Virus record (IMG/VR): IMGVR_UViG_3300049020_000031
Location: 32,001 to 96,000 of that record
Source of the DNA: a virus
Direction: 5' to 3' (one strand)
Length of the DNA stretch: 64,000 nt
How positions within the stretch are numbered: position 1 is the first letter of the stretch; the number at the start of each line of letters is the position of its first letter. A model generated the notes under the pieces. The model saw only the letters and a program-made list of their open reading frames with translations, made no database searches and was not told where the DNA came from. The translations under genes were made by a program, and so were the position numbers. Positions 56,432 through 64,000 of this stretch are shown here, in pieces.

Positions 56432-57793
56432 ATGGCAAAATCAAAAAAGCAACCACTAACCAGTGACTATATCAAGGATTCGTCCAGAGAGTACAGCATT
56501 TATGTCTGCGAAAACCGGGCGATCCCCAAAGTAGCAGATGGCATGAAAGATGGTCCACGTAAAGCAATGTGGCTCATGAAATCTCGAGCAGACAAGATCA
56601 AGACTGTATCACTTGCGGGTGAAATGATTTCCAGCGGCTTGTATCTGCACGGTGATCAATCTGCTGGTGACAGCATCTCCATGTTGGCAGCACCATATGT
56701 TAACAACGTTCCTCTTCTAGAGGGTATCGGTTCTTTTGGAACTCGAGTTGCACCTGTGGAAGGTATTGGTGCCCCGCGTTACACATACGTGAAAAAGGGC
56801 AGAGCGGCGGAACTTCTGTTGTTCCAAGATCTCGATATCGTACCACTCAAGGATAATTATGACGGATCAAACAAGGAACCAATTCACTTCCTGCCACTGG
56901 TTCCATTGGTTCTCCTGAATGGTATCTCGGGAATCGCAGTTGGTTGGTCTACTTCTATTCTCCCCAGAAACCTGAAGAAGATCATCACTGCTACTCAGCA
57001 AGTTCTTGCTGGCGAAGAGCCGAAGGGTTTGGAGCCATCATTCGATTACCTGAACGTCAAGGTAAAGAAGCTCGAGGAAAATAGTTGGGAATTCCGTGGT
57101 AGATGCGAAATCCTGGACACCAGTACGGTAAAGATTACCGAATTGCCACCAGGAACCAATTTGCAATCTATGAAGAAGAGATTGAACAAGATGGAAGAAG
57201 ATGGCTTGATTCAAACTTACACGGATCGAAGCACTGACACCATCGCCATCACGGTGAAATTCAAGCGCGGTGAAGTCTCGGGATGGACAGAAGACAAAGC
57301 GATTGATTTTTTCAAGTTGAAGGAAAAGTCAAACGAGCGTATCGTAGTTGTTGACTGGAACAGTTCAAGCATTCGTCAATACGGTAGCCCGGAAGAAGTC
57401 GTAAAGGACTTCGTTCAATGGCGTCTGGGTTGGTATACTCTTCGCTTCCAAAAGAAGCTCGACGATGACAGCTATGAACTCAAGTATTGGCAAGGTATCA
57501 AGGCTTGCTTTGATGACAAGCTTCCAGAGCGCTTGGGTAAGAAGGCAGACAAGGCTGATGTGGAGTCCGAAGTAGCTAACATCACGTCAGCCGTGGGGCT
57601 GGATCAAAGCCAAATCGACAAGATTGTCAGCTTGCCAACATACCGTTGGGCAAAGGACTTTCTTGCTACTGTGAAAGAAAACATCGCCAGATTGCAAGCC
57701 AATATCAAGGATCACAAAGCAATGTTGAAGAGCCCTAGTGCAATCAAGGACGTCTACATGACAGAGTTGGAAGAGTTGAAGAAGCTCAAGTGA
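56432..57793 (+). CDS. type II DNA topoisomerase, cleavage subunit (T4 gp52-like)
   Basis: RAIP...DGMK, YLHGD, catalytic APRY, NG..GIAVGWST, ITELP; own promoter TTGATA-16-TATAAT. Confidence 0.93.
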   Translation: MAKSKKQPLTSDYIKDSSREYSIYVCENRAIPKVADGMKDGPRKAMWLMKSRADKIKTVSLAGEMISSGLYLHGDQSAGDSISMLAAPYVNNVPLLEGIGSFGTRVAPVEGIGAPRYTYVKKGRAAELLLFQDLDIVPLKDNYDGSNKEPIHFLPLVPLVLLNGISGIAVGWSTSILPRNLKKIITATQQVLAGEEPKGLEPSFDYLNVKVKKLEENSWEFRGRCEILDTSTVKITELPPGTNLQSMKKRLNKMEEDGLIQTYTDRSTDTIAITVKFKRGEVSGWTEDKAIDFFKLKEKSNERIVVVDWNSSSIRQYGSPEEVVKDFVQWRLGWYTLRFQKKLDDDSYELKYWQGIKACFDDKLPERLGKKADKADVESEVANITSAVGLDQSQIDKIVSLPTYRWAKDFLATVKENIARLQANIKDHKAMLKSPSAIKDVYMTELEELKKLK

Positions 57794-57819
57794 ATTTAAA
57801 TTCACCCTCTAGATGTTAA

Positions 57820-57851
57820 AATGAAAGCAGGTGAATTCACCTGCTTTCATT
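57820..57851. terminator. 32-bp perfect palindrome, probable terminator
   Basis: AATGAAAGCAGGTGAATTCACCTGCTTTCATT. Confidence 0.6.
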
Positions 57852-57871
57852 ATTTTCTAAAGGATTTCCAT

Positions 57872-58078
57872 ATGAGCAAATATGTTCAAGGAGTTATTTT
57901 CAGTTTCGATACTGAAGAAAAGCTGGCCCACTTTAAATCCGGGGATGAAGTTTTCGTTGTAGGGCCATTCAGTAATTTCGCAGAAGGATCATCTTTTAAG
58001 AAACTTCAAGTCGGTTCCAATATCAAAGCCGAAATTACTAGAGCTCCTACGAAATTAGTGAGTATTGAAATCACATAG
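57872..58078 (+). CDS. small hypothetical protein
   Basis: AAGGA RBS. Confidence 0.55.
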   Translation: MSKYVQGVIFSFDTEEKLAHFKSGDEVFVVGPFSNFAEGSSFKKLQVGSNIKAEITRAPTKLVSIEIT

Positions 58079-58079
58079 G

Positions 58080-58105
58080 AAAAGGGGAGCAACAGCTCCC
58101 CTTTT
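58080..58105. terminator. GGGGAGC hairpin, copy 4
   Basis: AAAAGGGGAGC-AACA-GCTCCCCTTTT. Confidence 0.8.
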
Positions 58106-58395
58106 CACCAAATCTTTGCAACGTCACCGTGTTGGAACACTTGCACGGTCGTTCCACGATCCACGAAATAACGCCAGTTGGATTCCGATTCCGCGGCTTC
58201 TAGGTTGCGATCCCACACTGCCTTGGCGACAACATCATACATGTCCAATGGGGCTACGGCAATTACTTCTGCTTGATCAATGTGTTGACCAGCTTGCCTG
58301 CGGAAGACCTTAACTGAAGCATTGAACATTAGTGTTTCCTTGTTAATGTGTGCATCAAGTATAACACAAGATTCATCTGTGGATGAACTTTTCAA
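58105..58395 (-). CDS. hypothetical protein (true start may be ~58329)
   Basis: AAGGA RBS before MFNASV. Confidence 0.5.
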   Translation of the reverse strand: MKSSSTDESCVILDAHINKETLMFNASVKVFRRQAGQHIDQAEVIAVAPLDMYDVVAKAVWDRNLEAAESESNWRYFVDRGTTVQVFQHGDVAKIW

Positions 58396-58637
58396 TCCGT
58401 CAGCAGAAATTCTTTTATATTATTTTCAGCCATATAAGCAAGAAACACTTCGCACACTTCTGGGCTCCAACCATAAGCTGAATCTGGTCGTTCGCATGAA
58501 CCGCGATCAACCTCAACATGGTGACTTTCGTAGAACGGAATGATGCGATCTTTTTGCAGTTTGTCGATGAATGAGTTGTAATCACCACCGCGCGATGCTG
58601 CAAAGACTGCAATCGAGCTATATGAAATGTGCGTCAT
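58392..58637 (-). CDS. hypothetical protein
   Basis: ORF. Confidence 0.5.
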   Translation of the reverse strand: MTHISYSSIAVFAASRGGDYNSFIDKLQKDRIIPFYESHHVEVDRGSCERPDSAYGWSPEVCEVFLAYMAENNIKEFLLTD

Positions 58638-58711
58638 GAAATGAATGAATCTAGTTGTAGGTCATGCCATTCTAACGCCTTGTTGTAAATACTGTACGGG
58701 GAGGACATGCC

Positions 58712-59023
58712 GTGCATAATTTCTTCATAGCTCGATTTGGTATCGTGATTAGACAAGACATCGATTACATGTTCTATCAGGAATTGGTTGATGATCCACC
58801 CAAAGCACTGATGAAAGAGATGGAACCAGATGTCTATTCATGGCTTCTGGAGACGCAACCATCCACACAATTTGGAGTATCTGCCATACTCCTTGATCCC
58901 TACAGCATACTGACGCTGTCCTTTAGTGACGAAACAGATCTCGCGATGTACAGATTAACATTCGCCGACGTGTTTGTGAATCCTAGCAGAATCCCCAAGA
59001 ACATAATTGATCGGTACTTCTAA
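58712..59023 (+). CDS. FKL-motif family protein
   Basis: SFSDETDLAMYRLTF. Confidence 0.65.
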   Translation: MHNFFIARFGIVIRQDIDYMFYQELVDDPPKALMKEMEPDVYSWLLETQPSTQFGVSAILLDPYSILTLSFSDETDLAMYRLTFADVFVNPSRIPKNIIDRYF

Positions 59024-59053
59024 TTCACCTAGAGTTCATGCTAGAATGAACTT

Positions 59054-59449
59054 ATGGCAACCACACGACTTTTAATTGATGACGCTCTGATAGTCGTCAT
59101 CTTCCCGGAAACCCCGGCGTTTAATCAATGGATGATGCCCAATTACCAAAGCCTAGTACGAACTTGGACGTATGGAATTGAGGGCAAACCGTGGGTTAAT
59201 GAACAAGGGTATCGGAACCCAGTCACCATATTGGTGAATTGGGCTGATGGGGCGGATCGTTTGAATCTTCATGTTGCCAGCTATCCATATGGAGATACCA
59301 AGAACTTCGTTCATTCTAGTGAATTTGAATTTTTGAAATCCTCTTTTGACGGTGTGACAATGCGTGGGCGTGATCATGTGATCTTCAATGATCCCCAGGA
59401 TGTAATTATGTTCCGTCTTCGATACGGCGATTCCATTAAGGCAATATGA
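59054..59449 (+). CDS. FKL-motif family protein, probably leaderless
   Basis: IFNDPQDVIMFRLRY; TG-C-TAGAAT-6nt-ATG. Confidence 0.7.
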   Translation: MATTRLLIDDALIVVIFPETPAFNQWMMPNYQSLVRTWTYGIEGKPWVNEQGYRNPVTILVNWADGADRLNLHVASYPYGDTKNFVHSSEFEFLKSSFDGVTMRGRDHVIFNDPQDVIMFRLRYGDSIKAI

Positions 59450-59688
59450 AGAACGAAATCTTAGTGAGTTTGATTCATCCATCGGTGGCGGTAGCGGTAG
59501 CACCAAACCCTGACCCAACTCCGAACTCACTAGTGGTTCTGGTTGCCAATCCAACCTCGGCGTTTACCAAATGGGCTTCTGAAAGAAGCATCACCAGATA
59601 TAAATTCAAGATGGCCAATTGGCAAGAAGTCTCGATAGAATTCCTTGATGTCGAAGATCTAATTCAATTCAAGTTATTTTGGTCGTGA
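59446..59688 (+). CDS. FKL-motif family protein
   Basis: EFLDVEDLIQFKLFWS. Confidence 0.7.
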   Translation: MKNEILVSLIHPSVAVAVAPNPDPTPNSLVVLVANPTSAFTKWASERSITRYKFKMANWQEVSIEFLDVEDLIQFKLFWS

Positions 59689-59717
59689 AAAAAGGGGAGC
59701 AACAGCTCCCCTTTTTT
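59688..59717. terminator. GGGGAGC hairpin, copy 5
   Basis: core identical to copy 4. Confidence 0.8.
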
Positions 59718-59735
59718 CATCTGTCTACCTACCAA

Positions 59736-60038
59736 TTACGCGGGGGCCACAGTGGACCAGTACACCACACCAGCGTAGTTGTCACTGGCAATACGGATGT
59801 AGATATCCTTGTTCAACACGTCCTTGGTGTAGCGGCGAATGCGGCCGCCCAGATCGATGTTTTGTGCAGACGTGAGTCGCACTTGCTGCAGAGGAGCCCC
59901 GAAATCCACCACAACCACGGCGGTTGGATGCTCGCGTCCGTTAACATGAATGGTTGCCTTATTGGGCAGATTCAGGGAGTCCAGAAAGTCTTCCAGATCA
60001 ATACGGGATGCGGGCACGTTTGTGTTGGTCTTTGCCAT
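59736..60038 (-). CDS. hypothetical protein
   Basis: start refined to MAKTNT; biased codons. Confidence 0.65.
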   Translation of the reverse strand: MAKTNTNVPASRIDLEDFLDSLNLPNKATIHVNGREHPTAVVVVDFGAPLQQVRLTSAQNIDLGGRIRRYTKDVLNKDIYIRIASDNYAGVVYWSTVAPA

Positions 60039-60222
60039 TTTATTTTCTTTTTCTAACCACCGTCTTAATGAATCCGGGGATAACAAAGACGGGAATGTTA
60101 TCACTGGAGTAAGCAAGCTATCTTGCCACACCGCTATGATACATAATGGCAACAGGTAGGCAATAACTTTGTGGAAATATTTCACGCATTGACGATAATT
60201 TTCTTTTTCATATAATGAACCT

Positions 60223-60783
60223 ATGGAATACACATGGAAGAAACGAACTCTAATCGCTATTCGTTCATTACTGGATGAAGACGACATGACTCGTGCCAAT
60301 GTGGTGAAGCGGGCTCTTTATTTCAACAAGTACAGGATTGCCGTACACCTATCAGCAACGCCTCAATCATGGCCGGACTTCTCAGATATCGTCCGTGATC
60401 TGGAACACGCCTTGGTGGGGCTGGATTGCAAGCTGGTGAGTGTTTTACCAGCAATGTATACCAACCTCTACTGTAGTGATCCCAAGATATTGGATGAAAT
60501 TACCAATATGGAGCACCTGTTGGATATTCACAGCATTGATGTCGTGAGACCTGAGTGTTGGGGTCTTTCACCCAAACCCAGGAACAAGGGAAAGTTCTAT
60601 CACCAATATGGTTACAGAATCAAGATAGATGGTATGGGTTGGGATCATCCATTCCGTGATCTGATGGTTGGTACCTGGTATCAACATGGTTCATTCCTCT
60701 ACTGTACGGATAGTCGAGATGTGGTTATGATTCGACTACTCTACGGCGGAAAGATTCAACAAATCACCGAGAGACAATTATGA
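60223..60783 (+). CDS. FKL-motif family protein, probably leaderless
   Basis: LYCTDSRDVVMIRLLY; TATAAT-6nt-ATG. Confidence 0.65.
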   Translation: MEYTWKKRTLIAIRSLLDEDDMTRANVVKRALYFNKYRIAVHLSATPQSWPDFSDIVRDLEHALVGLDCKLVSVLPAMYTNLYCSDPKILDEITNMEHLLDIHSIDVVRPECWGLSPKPRNKGKFYHQYGYRIKIDGMGWDHPFRDLMVGTWYQHGSFLYCTDSRDVVMIRLLYGGKIQQITERQL

Positions 60784-61049
60784 ATTGGGCTAAGGAATTC
60801 CCTCATGGTTGCTGCTTTCGGATTCCCGCAAGTTCTGATCCCGCTGAAGCATATCATTATGTGAATGACTTGTTGATTACTCGCTATGGCGAAACTGTCA
60901 ATGGTGATAACAATCCGGATTGCAGGTGGTTGATGACCGCTTCAAGTATTTCACTTGATTATATTGCACATTTGAGATTCAAGCATTTGGAAGATGCAAT
61001 TGACTTTAGGCTGACATGCCAATATAGCGTCGATAATCCGTATCAGTGA
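60780..61049 (+). CDS. FKL-motif family protein
   Basis: RFKHLEDAIDFRLT. Confidence 0.7.
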   Translation: MNWAKEFPHGCCFRIPASSDPAEAYHYVNDLLITRYGETVNGDNNPDCRWLMTASSISLDYIAHLRFKHLEDAIDFRLTCQYSVDNPYQ

Positions 61050-61056
61050 GATGGTG

Positions 61057-61082
61057 AAAAGGGGAGCAATTGCTCCCCTTTT
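61057..61082. terminator. GGGGAGC hairpin, copy 6
   Basis: AAAAGGGGAGC-AATT-GCTCCCCTTTT. Confidence 0.8.
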
Positions 61083-61094
61083 CCTTTTCTCCAA

Positions 61095-61466
61095 TTACTT
61101 GCGAATTGATAGCTTGGCCATCAGATCAATGGAATCAACATCACGATATCCGGGAATATCGTCAATGTATCTGCCTGCCATCCACACTTTGATGGTCTTC
61201 AGATAATAGTCCCATTTGACATGACTGGTCTGTAGTTCCCTGGCACTCATCTGTTCTAAATCACTCAACAGTTCGTATTTCCGATTCCCCAGATTGGATT
61301 CATGGAAATATACGAATGCCGTACCCTTCGTAGTCATGAAACCATTAGAATCACGATGAGAAACATTGGTGACCTTCTGAACGTGGACCAACTTCCAGTC
61401 TTCTGGGTTCACCGTTATTTCGTGACCCAGAATCCAACTAGCGAGTCGCAGTCGGATTTTGTTCAT
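61095..61466 (-). CDS. hypothetical protein
   Basis: starts 1 nt after the BI-1 stop. Confidence 0.55.
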   Translation of the reverse strand: MNKIRLRLASWILGHEITVNPEDWKLVHVQKVTNVSHRDSNGFMTTKGTAFVYFHESNLGNRKYELLSDLEQMSARELQTSHVKWDYYLKTIKVWMAGRYIDDIPGYRDVDSIDLMAKLSIRK

Positions 61467-61467
61467 A

Positions 61468-62160
61468 TCAGTCTGTCTTTGGTGCCAGGCCAAAGAGGCG
61501 CAGGATGAACAGGAACAAGTTCAGGAAGTCTAGGTACAGAGACAGAGCACCCATGATGATGGCTTTGCGGTTGTCTTCTTCCATCCACAGAGTGTCCTTG
61601 ATATTTTGAACGTCATAGGCGGTCAGCGCCATGAACAAAAGAATACCCGCACAGCTGATTACAATTTCCAGGATGGTTGAACCAAGGAACATATTCAGAA
61701 TCATGACGCCCAGAAGGACAATCAGACCCACAAACAAAATGCTACCCCAAGAACTCAAGTCCTTCTTTGTAAGGTAGCCATAAGCTGCCATACCTAGGAA
61801 CAATGCACTGGCACTCAGGAAGCTCAGAACCAAGGCACTGGCTGAATACATGAGGACAATCACACTAAGGGAAAGTCCATTCAATACTGCAAATGCTAGG
61901 AACAACGCCATCAGGGATTGGCGACTGAGCTTCTGGTAGCCAAAGCTCATGATCAGAACCATCACCAGAGGTGCAAACAGAATCACCCACTTCAGTGCAG
62001 TACCGGTGAACACGGCCATGAAAGCAGTTGAGGATGCGGCAAACATGGCCGTGATAGCAGTCAAGGCCAACCCACCACCCATAATGGTGAATACCTTCAT
62101 CAACGCATCGTTCAACCATCCGGCAGGATTGGTATCACGATTCAAAACAGTAGATGTCAT
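61468..62160 (-). CDS. Bax inhibitor-1/YccA family membrane protein
   Basis: seven TMs, TKKDLS, AYDVQNIK, ALSLYLDFLNLFLFILRL. Confidence 0.92.
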   Translation of the reverse strand: MTSTVLNRDTNPAGWLNDALMKVFTIMGGGLALTAITAMFAASSTAFMAVFTGTALKWVILFAPLVMVLIMSFGYQKLSRQSLMALFLAFAVLNGLSLSVIVLMYSASALVLSFLSASALFLGMAAYGYLTKKDLSSWGSILFVGLIVLLGVMILNMFLGSTILEIVISCAGILLFMALTAYDVQNIKDTLWMEEDNRKAIIMGALSLYLDFLNLFLFILRLFGLAPKTD

Positions 62161-62207
62161 TAAAAATCTCCAAAGATTAAGAACTCAGATGGTAGCATGA
62201 CTATCAC

Positions 62208-62696
62208 CTAAAAAACAAAATGATATTTGAATCTGGAGTCTATGGTCACGGATATAGTGTTCAAAACACTAAAGACCAATCGTTGATTGTCAACTTTCCT
62301 TTCCGATTCTAGCTTCGCACATACTATTTGATAAGTTCGAGCGATTCTCATGAGAGAGACAGATGGCACCATTCTGATTCGTTCTGCATTTTTCAATGTG
62401 CCATCACTCAGATCGAACTGGCATACGTGAGTGTCGTCAAACATGTACTGATGTAGTTTGGTGAGTTCTTTAGTGAAGAACTTTATGTCTTGGTTGAACA
62501 GGTACGGGGTGTCACCAGCAATCTGTCGAAACCTAAGTGAGCACTCTATGGTATGAGTGGCAATACTTCCATCCCCTTTATGAAGATGGAAGGTATGGGT
62601 GGGTAGCTCAATGATTCTCTCAAAGGTGTTCCTTACTTGGAGTGGTCCAGATAAGATGCCAAGTATTGATGATGGTATGGTATCACTCATGGGCAT
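62208..62696 (-). CDS. hypothetical protein
   Basis: ORF. Confidence 0.55.
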   Translation of the reverse strand: MPMSDTIPSSILGILSGPLQVRNTFERIIELPTHTFHLHKGDGSIATHTIECSLRFRQIAGDTPYLFNQDIKFFTKELTKLHQYMFDDTHVCQFDLSDGTLKNAERIRMVPSVSLMRIARTYQIVCAKLESERKVDNQRLVFSVLNTISVTIDSRFKYHFVF

Positions 62697-62789
62697 TCAC
62701 GAAGCTACCAGCAACGTTCCACATATTCAATGAGATTGTCGCGTTCCACTCCAGGAATCTCCAGGTAGATTTTGAGGAACTTGATGTAA

Positions 62790-63254
62790 TCACAGATTGT
62801 TGATGAAGAACACCGTGAGATCTGGATGCTGATGCAGATAACCCACTCCACCAGATGAAGACCAGGAATCAATGTTCCTCTTGTGGTCATCAAACAGAAT
62901 ATCACCCTTACTTCTCATGTGTAGGGCTTTGTCTTTTGACAGGCAGGTGATGACATCAACATCTGTTCCGAAGTTGGTTGCCCACCATTCTCTCTTGGCT
63001 TTTTCCGCATCGTCATAACCACTAGATGGGCATCCAGTAAGAATGGACAATTCCCTACCTTCGAGAGCACGCCATATTTCCTCCGCTCCTTTGAGGATGG
63101 GAAGTTTGGCATAGAAGTCAGGATTTTTACGAATCAGACTCCAAGCCTTTGAAGCATTGGTGCTGTGAAATTCTAATCCGAATTGTTCCTTGAAACCACC
63201 CTCGAAGTCGGCCATCACACCATCGCTGTCTAGGAAAATCTTAGGTGCGTTCAT
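62790..63254 (-). CDS. HAD-family 5'(3')-deoxyribonucleotidase-like protein
   Basis: IFLDSDGVMADF, ILTG, K..W, ILFDD...NI..W...GG. Confidence 0.85.
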   Translation of the reverse strand: MNAPKIFLDSDGVMADFEGGFKEQFGLEFHSTNASKAWSLIRKNPDFYAKLPILKGAEEIWRALEGRELSILTGCPSSGYDDAEKAKREWWATNFGTDVDVITCLSKDKALHMRSKGDILFDDHKRNIDSWSSSGGVGYLHQHPDLTVFFINNL

Positions 63255-63448
63255 TTGATGATCTTGCCATCACTAGCCAGGGACATTCCTGCGATCGTCC
63301 CGACATATTGATCACGTTGCCACATCAGGGTGGCCTTCAGATCTGCCGCGGTGAAATAAATCACCAACATTTGATCCGTTTTACTAACCAGGTTGGCTTC
63401 GACGGGAGCTGTATTCTTTCCATCAATCGCCACTTTTACTTTTTCCAT
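63251..63448 (-). CDS. small hypothetical protein
   Basis: coupled ORF. Confidence 0.55.
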   Translation of the reverse strand: MEKVKVAIDGKNTAPVEANLVSKTDQMLVIYFTAADLKATLMWQRDQYVGTIAGMSLASDGKIIK

Positions 63449-64000
63449 TATGGTTTCCTTAACTTTTTAAGATTCATACTCATGTAAGTGTGAATCACTG
63501 TTGCCGCTGCCAGTGCAGTTATTTCTGAGTGATCATAGGCTGGTGATACTTCTACCGCATCCATACCAACCCAATTTAGAGTCTCCAGTCCTCGTAGCAA
63601 TCGCAATACCCAAGCCGTGGATAAACCGCCAACTTCTGGGGTTCCTGTTCCTGGTGCGAAAGCTGGATCCAAACCATCCACATCAAAGGTGAAATACGTT
63701 GGCTTTTGATCCATTGCCAGAGATATCTGAAGGGCCAAAGCATCTGGATCCATGAACACGGCATCATGTCCATAGACTGTGGTGCCACCATGATCTTTCA
63801 GGAAAGTGTTTCCGCTGATTGAGGTCGGGGCTCTGACTCCAATACTGTACATCATATTGGGATCAACCAAACCTTCCTCGATGGCAAGTTTAGCCCAAGT
63901 ACCATGTCCGATTGCATCACCGAAATTAGATGGCGAACAATCACTATGGGCGTCAATGTGGACGATATTGATAGGGCCATGGATTTCATGTAACGCCCGC
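63448..64000 (-). CDS. agmatinase/arginase-family ureohydrolase (5' end outside the window)
   Basis: VHIDAHSD, GHGTW, TFDVDGLDPAFAPGTGTPEVGG, DAVEVSP.YD. Confidence 0.9.
   Translation of the reverse strand, partial: RALHEIHGPINIVHIDAHSDCSPSNFGDAIGHGTWAKLAIEEGLVDPNMMYSIGVRAPTSISGNTFLKDHGGTTVYGHDAVFMDPDALALQISLAMDQKPTYFTFDVDGLDPAFAPGTGTPEVGGLSTAWVLRLLRGLETLNWVGMDAVEVSPAYDHSEITALAAATVIHTYMSMNLKKLRKP

Noticed and set aside
50504-57793. Inteins or introns in ClpX or the topoisomerase genes
   Set aside because: Lengths are normal, motifs are contiguous, and no splice-junction signatures are present
62705-62905. 66-aa ORF overlapping the nucleotidase gene
   Set aside because: More than half overlaps a confident gene in another frame, with no clear RBS
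1-64000. tRNA genes or a CRISPR array
   Set aside because: No cloverleaf with a TTCGA arm and no regularly spaced direct repeats were seen by eye; tRNAscan-SE or a CRISPR finder would be definitive
1-64000. Stop-codon reassignment
   Set aside because: Conserved genes (ClpX, topoisomerase, IF3, Ugd) are full length in the standard code, and TAA, TGA and TAG all end plausible genes

Overview
A 64 kb, gene-dense fragment of a large (probably jumbo) tailed phage in the standard genetic code, likely infecting a proteobacterium (inference). Recognisable genes: split T4-type topoisomerase II, ClpX, ClpS, IF3, Hsp20, BI-1/YccA, CCA-adding enzyme, HNH-RNA ligase fusion, TGT/DpdA-like transglycosylase, UDP-glucose dehydrogenase plus epimerase, dCMP deaminase, SleB-like hydrolase, PLD nuclease, HAD phosphatases and a partial agmatinase. 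Two promoter classes are visible: T4-like late TAAATA boxes, and sigma70-type promoters with a CAAATGAAC spacer motif. The most unusual signals: (1) a ~150-nt structured non-coding element (7636-7796, minus strand) with its own late promoter, a possible kissing-loop pseudoknot and a 20-of-21-nt complement to 23S rRNA helix 69-71; (2) about 20 dispersed small paralogs ending in a 'F-x-D-x-x-D-x-x-x-F-[KR]-L-x-[WF]'-like motif, several apparently on leaderless mRNAs; (3) a second structured intergenic RNA candidate at 40265-40467; (4) a triplicated ~400-aa gene, two copies paired with a paralogous small coiled-coil gene; (5) putative capsid-internal enzymes (kinase, nucleotidyltransferase-GNAT). 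No tRNA, rRNA or CRISPR array was recognised. All calls come from reading motifs by eye; no database search was run.
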